A stretch of 64,000 nucleotides of DNA from Minisyncoccota bacterium (GTDB lineage: Bacteria; Patescibacteriota; Minisyncoccia; Phycocordibacterales; UBA1006). Positions 60,801-64,000 of the stretch are shown piece by piece. How positions within the stretch are numbered: position 1 is the stretch's first letter; each line of letters opens with the position of its first letter. Below the pieces are notes generated by a model. That model was not told where the DNA came from. It searched no databases and saw only the letters and a program-made list of their open reading frames with translations. The DNA is taken from the NCBI GenBank assembly GCA_021734445.1, contig JAIPIY010000002.1:32786-96785 (forward strand). Direction: 5' to 3'. Position numbers and translations under genes: made by a program.

Positions 60801-61277
60801 ACCTTGTGCATATTTTTGTACAATATCTTGAATATTTGTTTTTGCAGTGATAGTTTTTGCATCTTTTGCATCGAGAACCTTTTTCTCTTCTCCTTCGCTT
60901 AACGTGCCTTCATATTCAGAAACAAATCGTTCTGTAATAGCACCCATAGCAGCAACATGATCTGGATTTGATTTTTCCGATCTACGTGTATAAATGTTTC
61001 CTGTATTTTTTATTTCTTCACGAACTTTGTTTATTTCTCGTTGACGATAGTATTCATCAAAAAAAGTATGCTTCCAAAGCTTTTTAATAAACCCAGCTCC
61101 AGATTTTGATTCTGTCATGTATGCATCCGCAGCTTTCTTTGCTTCTGCTTCTGCAATTTCTTCTATGTTTACAACTGAAATACCTTTTTTAATTTTTTCC
61201 AATGCTTTATTTTTAGCATCTTCAGAAATTTCTTCTTCAGATTTAGGAACAGTAGGTGCGTTTTCACTCATATGCAT
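57840..61277 (-). CDS. Large (1145 aa) membrane-associated protein of unknown function with an internal duplicated ~95-aa module
   Basis: N-terminal charged coiled-coil region, two hydrophobic segments (~aa 260-300 and ~aa 480-500), a long Gly/Asp/Thr-rich beta-like region, and a tandem duplicate (...MINKKIQSSEGIITVTEDDFKSAYGKKRYQEL... / ...MLNKKIQSSEGIIMISEGDFSSEYGRNKYQEM...). Confidence 0.7.
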   Translation of the reverse strand: MHMSENAPTVPKSEEEISEDAKNKALEKIKKGISVVNIEEIAEAEAKKAADAYMTESKSGAGFIKKLWKHTFFDEYYRQREINKVREEIKNTGNIYTRRSEKSNPDHVAAMGAITERFVSEYEGTLSEGEEKKVLDAKDAKTITAKTNIQDIVQKYAQGLISKEIFINEKNRVLNTLENDDTTKGPNMYADNLLEIAENARLAVEHGASIKELDLETNIILGKAKSSLKTEAHFNMVDRGVDWMKKSKVGRFVSPAVLSTGVGIAYSLSVGMGKKVLGSQAAAWGTFGAAVAVSSAFAGMNESQRVALERAQHGLEMAEGGTFEKDSKRREQINEHQYQMEKSSVLATKLRGLVFEKDAEGNETIKNIKEEEMSAIFAQLASIEARNSLNAKKRIDLISYTDIGSVEKERTDLTILTAKAKVELRKKIEAGLKGGIPEGETFDSYLAKQAKTVEDSLMGGEQGISAKDKAFSRYKAKRVAMKVGATALSGLVIGGVVQEAVAFFKDDTQGIIEGFLKNGGDENRIQTPLEHLRGWIMNDPSTMGLDNPVTTTVDGVTFNTPEGTSIIKNLDGTFDVLKGDVVISDNIKLSFDADGNLDAGSLARLGETGVVANTTHTLIEGTKQVTQTAAEYVETHEGTQHITRDAWYDNDTLIFDKNELRLDWGGGTGIDADGNYVLNMARMTEDGSFHDGFSVDAQEKMKEGTLKMIFSLSQDTQHHVFEVPIDTNGNAVIDPDSEIGKLFFATEDGQAVFKGRFAEVVQSFGEQDGVEHVKPLATLVGENNNNIESIIPTYDDYPVHNLELPLDTEPPYFIPVVPRTPLETLVAKDKKEKGADKKTGGPIIASILTVEGEKEKTDESIKITQEEYQGMQDDLRMINKKIQSSEGIITVTEDDFKSAYGKKRYQELSFIQEGIPVTFNKSEMQVIGDEIEGILSRATVITPEETIVIVPEKEAMSSPERSPDAMKKDIEMLNKKIQSSEGIIMISEGDFSSEYGRNKYQEMKNIPDGTPVVFNKTELDIIATGLEALLIGNQEKEETVEVIKEKSGETAKIGGPIVAPIIVQEKPKASSLEQVFTSADLLKTGTEFEDTKNTYTVTGVKGWIFKDIKVEVKSKETGEVSKDSFGVSDAENAFKKGSITITKII

Positions 61278-61378
61278 TTAATTATACTAAAAAGATTCTA
61301 CAATTGATAATATGTTTTTATTATACACTATATATTATACTATGTCAATATACACATTTACCTCCTTGAACCCCTTAA

Positions 61379-63664
61379 TTATTTCGCCACAGCTACCGCT
61401 TCATCAAATTTTACTGACAATAATTGTGATACCCCATCATTACTCATGGTTACTCCATATAAAATATTGGCACGAGACATAGTTTCTCGGTTATGCGTTA
61501 CCACAACCAATTGAGACACTGTGGACAATTTTTCCAACATATCACCATACCGACGACTATTTGCTTCGTCCAACGCTGCGTCTGTTTCATCTAATACCAA
61601 AAATGGTGGTGGGTTTACCTGAGATAATGCAAACAATGCAGCAATAGAAACCAATGATCGTTCCCCACCCGATAACATATCCAATGATTTGATATTTTTT
61701 CTTGGCAGGGTAACCTTTAAAATAACACCAATTTCTTTTTCCGCCTCTTCTTCGTCGACAACATCAATCTCATCTCCGTCTTCTGTTTTCGTTGTTTTTC
61801 TCTTAGTAATATCTGCCAAAACCAAAGACCCCGTACCCCCACCAAACATAACAGAAACCAATTCTCCAAAATGATCATTGATTTTCTTTACCCCTGCAGT
61901 AAAATCATGTTCTATTCTTTGTACCAAATTTTTAATAAGATCTTCTAATGAAACAATGGTTCCCCAAATATCTCCTAATTCTTTTTCCAAAAATTGATCT
62001 CGTTCAATCGTTTCATTATATTCTTTTATAATATCATCACCAGAACCACCACCCGCATCTTCGATACGGATTTTAATTCTTTCTAATTCATGACGCATTT
62101 TTGCCAGACTATCTTCATTATCGTCTACACCAACCAAAGATTCATCTGAAACAACATCGGCTGGATGATACCCAACCAATACCCGAGATTCTTCTTCGTC
62201 ATCAACTAGTCGTTGATAAAATCGATCATATGCATCTACATGGAATCGCAATGTTTCTTCTTTGCTTTTTAGTGTGTGCGCCTGAGTCGCTAGCTCATAA
62301 AATACATGTTCTTTTTTGCGACCCTCTTCATGAAATTGAGTAATTTGATTTCGTGTTGATTGTTGATTGGTATCCAGATTTTGTATTTGTATTTCAAGAT
62401 TTTTTATTTTTTCTTCAATATCTTGTTTTTCTTGTTGCAACGCAGTTACATCATGCATGACACGGGGTGGAATTTCTTGGTTTACTGTATTACCCCCTTG
62501 TTGAATTTTTTCTTTGAACAATAGAATATCTTTTCGCAATGATTCGATTCTCGACAGCATTTCACCTGTAGTAATATCCGGAGAAAACGAACATAATGAC
62601 AATATATGGTCGCACCATGTCAGCGTTTCTTCTTGTTGTAACATTACATCCTGTGATGTTTTTTTTGCAGTAGGTGCAGGTATCGATCGTGCAACGTCCA
62701 GCAATGCTTCAACACGCCCCAATGCACGCCCCAGTGTATCTCGTTCTGCAGTATAGGTACGGCGCAAATCATCATAGGTACGTAATTCTTGTTCTAATGC
62801 ACGCAAAGGAGATTCATCAACCGATGTCTTTGCTCGTGCCATGGATTCTTCTATAGTTTTTCGCTCTACTACAATACGCTCATATTCTTGTCGTGTTTGT
62901 TCTGCGGATTGTGTATACCATGCACGTGCACGCAATGCATAGATACCAAATTGTTTTTTATATTCTTGTCGTAATAATGCGGTTTGTTCTACTTTTTCTA
63001 CTTGTTTTTTTAAAAAACGAATATGCGGAGCCAATTCGCGACGGAGACCTTCTATTTCCTGCATATGGGCTTTTGTTTTTTCTAATTTACGTTCTGCATC
63101 TTTGATTTTCATCCGGTGAATACGTAAACCCAAAGCTTCTTCGATCATCATACGTCTGTCACGTGGAGATGCATGTAAAATACGGTCTGCTTCGCCCTGT
63201 GAAATAATATGATGACCTGATGCACCTACATGCACCCGAGAAACTAAATCTTGAATATCTTTTAATCTCACCTGAGAATCATTGATACTGTATACATTCG
63301 TACCATCTGAAAAAACTTCTCGTTTTAAAATAATTTCATCAAAATCCAAAGAAATATCTTGTTCTCCTACATCACCTGACAATTGGAAAATACGATCGTG
63401 ATTATCAAAAGTAATAGCAACCGACGCACGATTCATTTTTGAAACAGTCCGAGATCCACCAAAAATCATATCTGACCCTGATGATCCACGCATAGATTTT
63501 AATGATTGCTCCCCTAATACAAACCGCATCCCTTCTACAACATTTGATTTACCAGAACCGTTAGGTCCAACAATAGCAGTTACCGGAACAGAAAAATCCA
63601 ATGCCGTAGTTTTTGCAAAAGATTTAAAGCCAGAAAGTGAAAGTGTTTTAAGACGATGTATCAT
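61379..63664 (-). CDS. smc: SMC-family chromosome-partition ATPase, compact (761 aa) with no obvious hinge domain
   Basis: N-terminal Walker A GPNGSGKSN; long coiled-coils; C-terminal signature LSGGERSLVSIAALFAL and Walker B FLVLDETDAALD. Immediately downstream of rnc, the conserved rnc-smc linkage. Confidence 0.8.
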   Translation of the reverse strand: MIHRLKTLSLSGFKSFAKTTALDFSVPVTAIVGPNGSGKSNVVEGMRFVLGEQSLKSMRGSSGSDMIFGGSRTVSKMNRASVAITFDNHDRIFQLSGDVGEQDISLDFDEIILKREVFSDGTNVYSINDSQVRLKDIQDLVSRVHVGASGHHIISQGEADRILHASPRDRRMMIEEALGLRIHRMKIKDAERKLEKTKAHMQEIEGLRRELAPHIRFLKKQVEKVEQTALLRQEYKKQFGIYALRARAWYTQSAEQTRQEYERIVVERKTIEESMARAKTSVDESPLRALEQELRTYDDLRRTYTAERDTLGRALGRVEALLDVARSIPAPTAKKTSQDVMLQQEETLTWCDHILSLCSFSPDITTGEMLSRIESLRKDILLFKEKIQQGGNTVNQEIPPRVMHDVTALQQEKQDIEEKIKNLEIQIQNLDTNQQSTRNQITQFHEEGRKKEHVFYELATQAHTLKSKEETLRFHVDAYDRFYQRLVDDEEESRVLVGYHPADVVSDESLVGVDDNEDSLAKMRHELERIKIRIEDAGGGSGDDIIKEYNETIERDQFLEKELGDIWGTIVSLEDLIKNLVQRIEHDFTAGVKKINDHFGELVSVMFGGGTGSLVLADITKRKTTKTEDGDEIDVVDEEEAEKEIGVILKVTLPRKNIKSLDMLSGGERSLVSIAALFALSQVNPPPFLVLDETDAALDEANSRRYGDMLEKLSTVSQLVVVTHNRETMSRANILYGVTMSNDGVSQLLSVKFDEAVAVAK

Positions 63665-63686
63665 ATAAGATTAAGCACGAGTAGTA

Positions 63687-64000
63687 TTATATCCCCCATT
63701 TTCTCAAAGACAAAGCTTTTCGTGCTGCTTCTTGCTCAGCTTCTTGTTTTGATTTTCCTGAACCTTCGGCAATACAGGTTTCTCCAAAATAAATTCCAAT
63801 AGTAAAGTTTTTATCATGATCAGGTCCACCCTCTTTCAAAACACGATATGACGGAGTGACCCCTTCTATTTCCTGAGATTTTTCTTGAACGTAGCTTTTT
63901 GCATCACGCCACAGATTACGTTCCACAATTTCATCAATTTTTGGTAACAATGTTTGTGTAATAAATTTTTCTGCAGATGAGTACCCCTGGTCACAATATA
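63687..64000 (-). CDS. rnc: Ribonuclease III, 3' part (the gene continues beyond the window end)
   Basis: C-terminal dsRBD: GPDHDKNFTIGIYFGETCIAEGSGKSKQEAEQEAARKAL. The frame remains open to position 64000. Confidence 0.8.
   Translation of the reverse strand, partial: YCDQGYSSAEKFITQTLLPKIDEIVERNLWRDAKSYVQEKSQEIEGVTPSYRVLKEGGPDHDKNFTIGIYFGETCIAEGSGKSKQEAEQEAARKALSLRKWGI

Overview
This 64 kb window reads as a compact, gene-dense chromosomal segment from a low-GC bacterium that uses the standard genetic code. Gene content (lysine-rich tails on housekeeping proteins, no mreD, a short SMC, a short ATP-synthase delta, a ProRS lacking the editing domain) suggests a reduced genome of the Patescibacteria/CPR type, but that is inference only. 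Note that 'M' in the ORF track is sometimes TTG or GTG; several starts below were re-placed on an in-frame ATG by homology. The core genes I can support are uvrB, tgt, mreB-mreC, proS, rpsB-tsf, a contiguous rpoB-rpoC-dnaG-rpoD block, trmD, rmuC, rlmH, a complete F1Fo ATP synthase operon (atpI-like,B,E,F,H,A,G,D,C), rpsP-khpA, rnr, smc and a partial rnc. RNA features are three tRNAs (Thr-TGT, Glu-CTC, Ile-GAT), a set of near-perfect palindromic A-run/GC-stem/T-run intrinsic terminators, and one perfect sigma70 promoter with an extended -10. The accessory and unusual content comes in six groups. (1) An SF2 DEAH helicase fused to four tandem ~69-aa C-terminal repeats of unknown family, with three orphan genes, sits between rpoB and trmD; this is my best candidate for an undescribed module. 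(2) A low-GC two-gene islet abuts the 3' end of tRNA-Glu, next to a HelD-like helicase. (3) A 1145-aa membrane protein with an internal duplicated module lies beside a compact, apparently hinge-less SMC. (4) A sigma-70 carries a histone-H1-like KK-repeat N-terminal tail. (5) A cell-surface cluster comprises a processive GT2, a CxxC membrane protein and two paralogous secreted Kre9/KNH-like proteins. (6) A Pif1-type helicase has a C-terminal HTH-like tail. I found no CRISPR array, transposase, integrase or reverse transcriptase.
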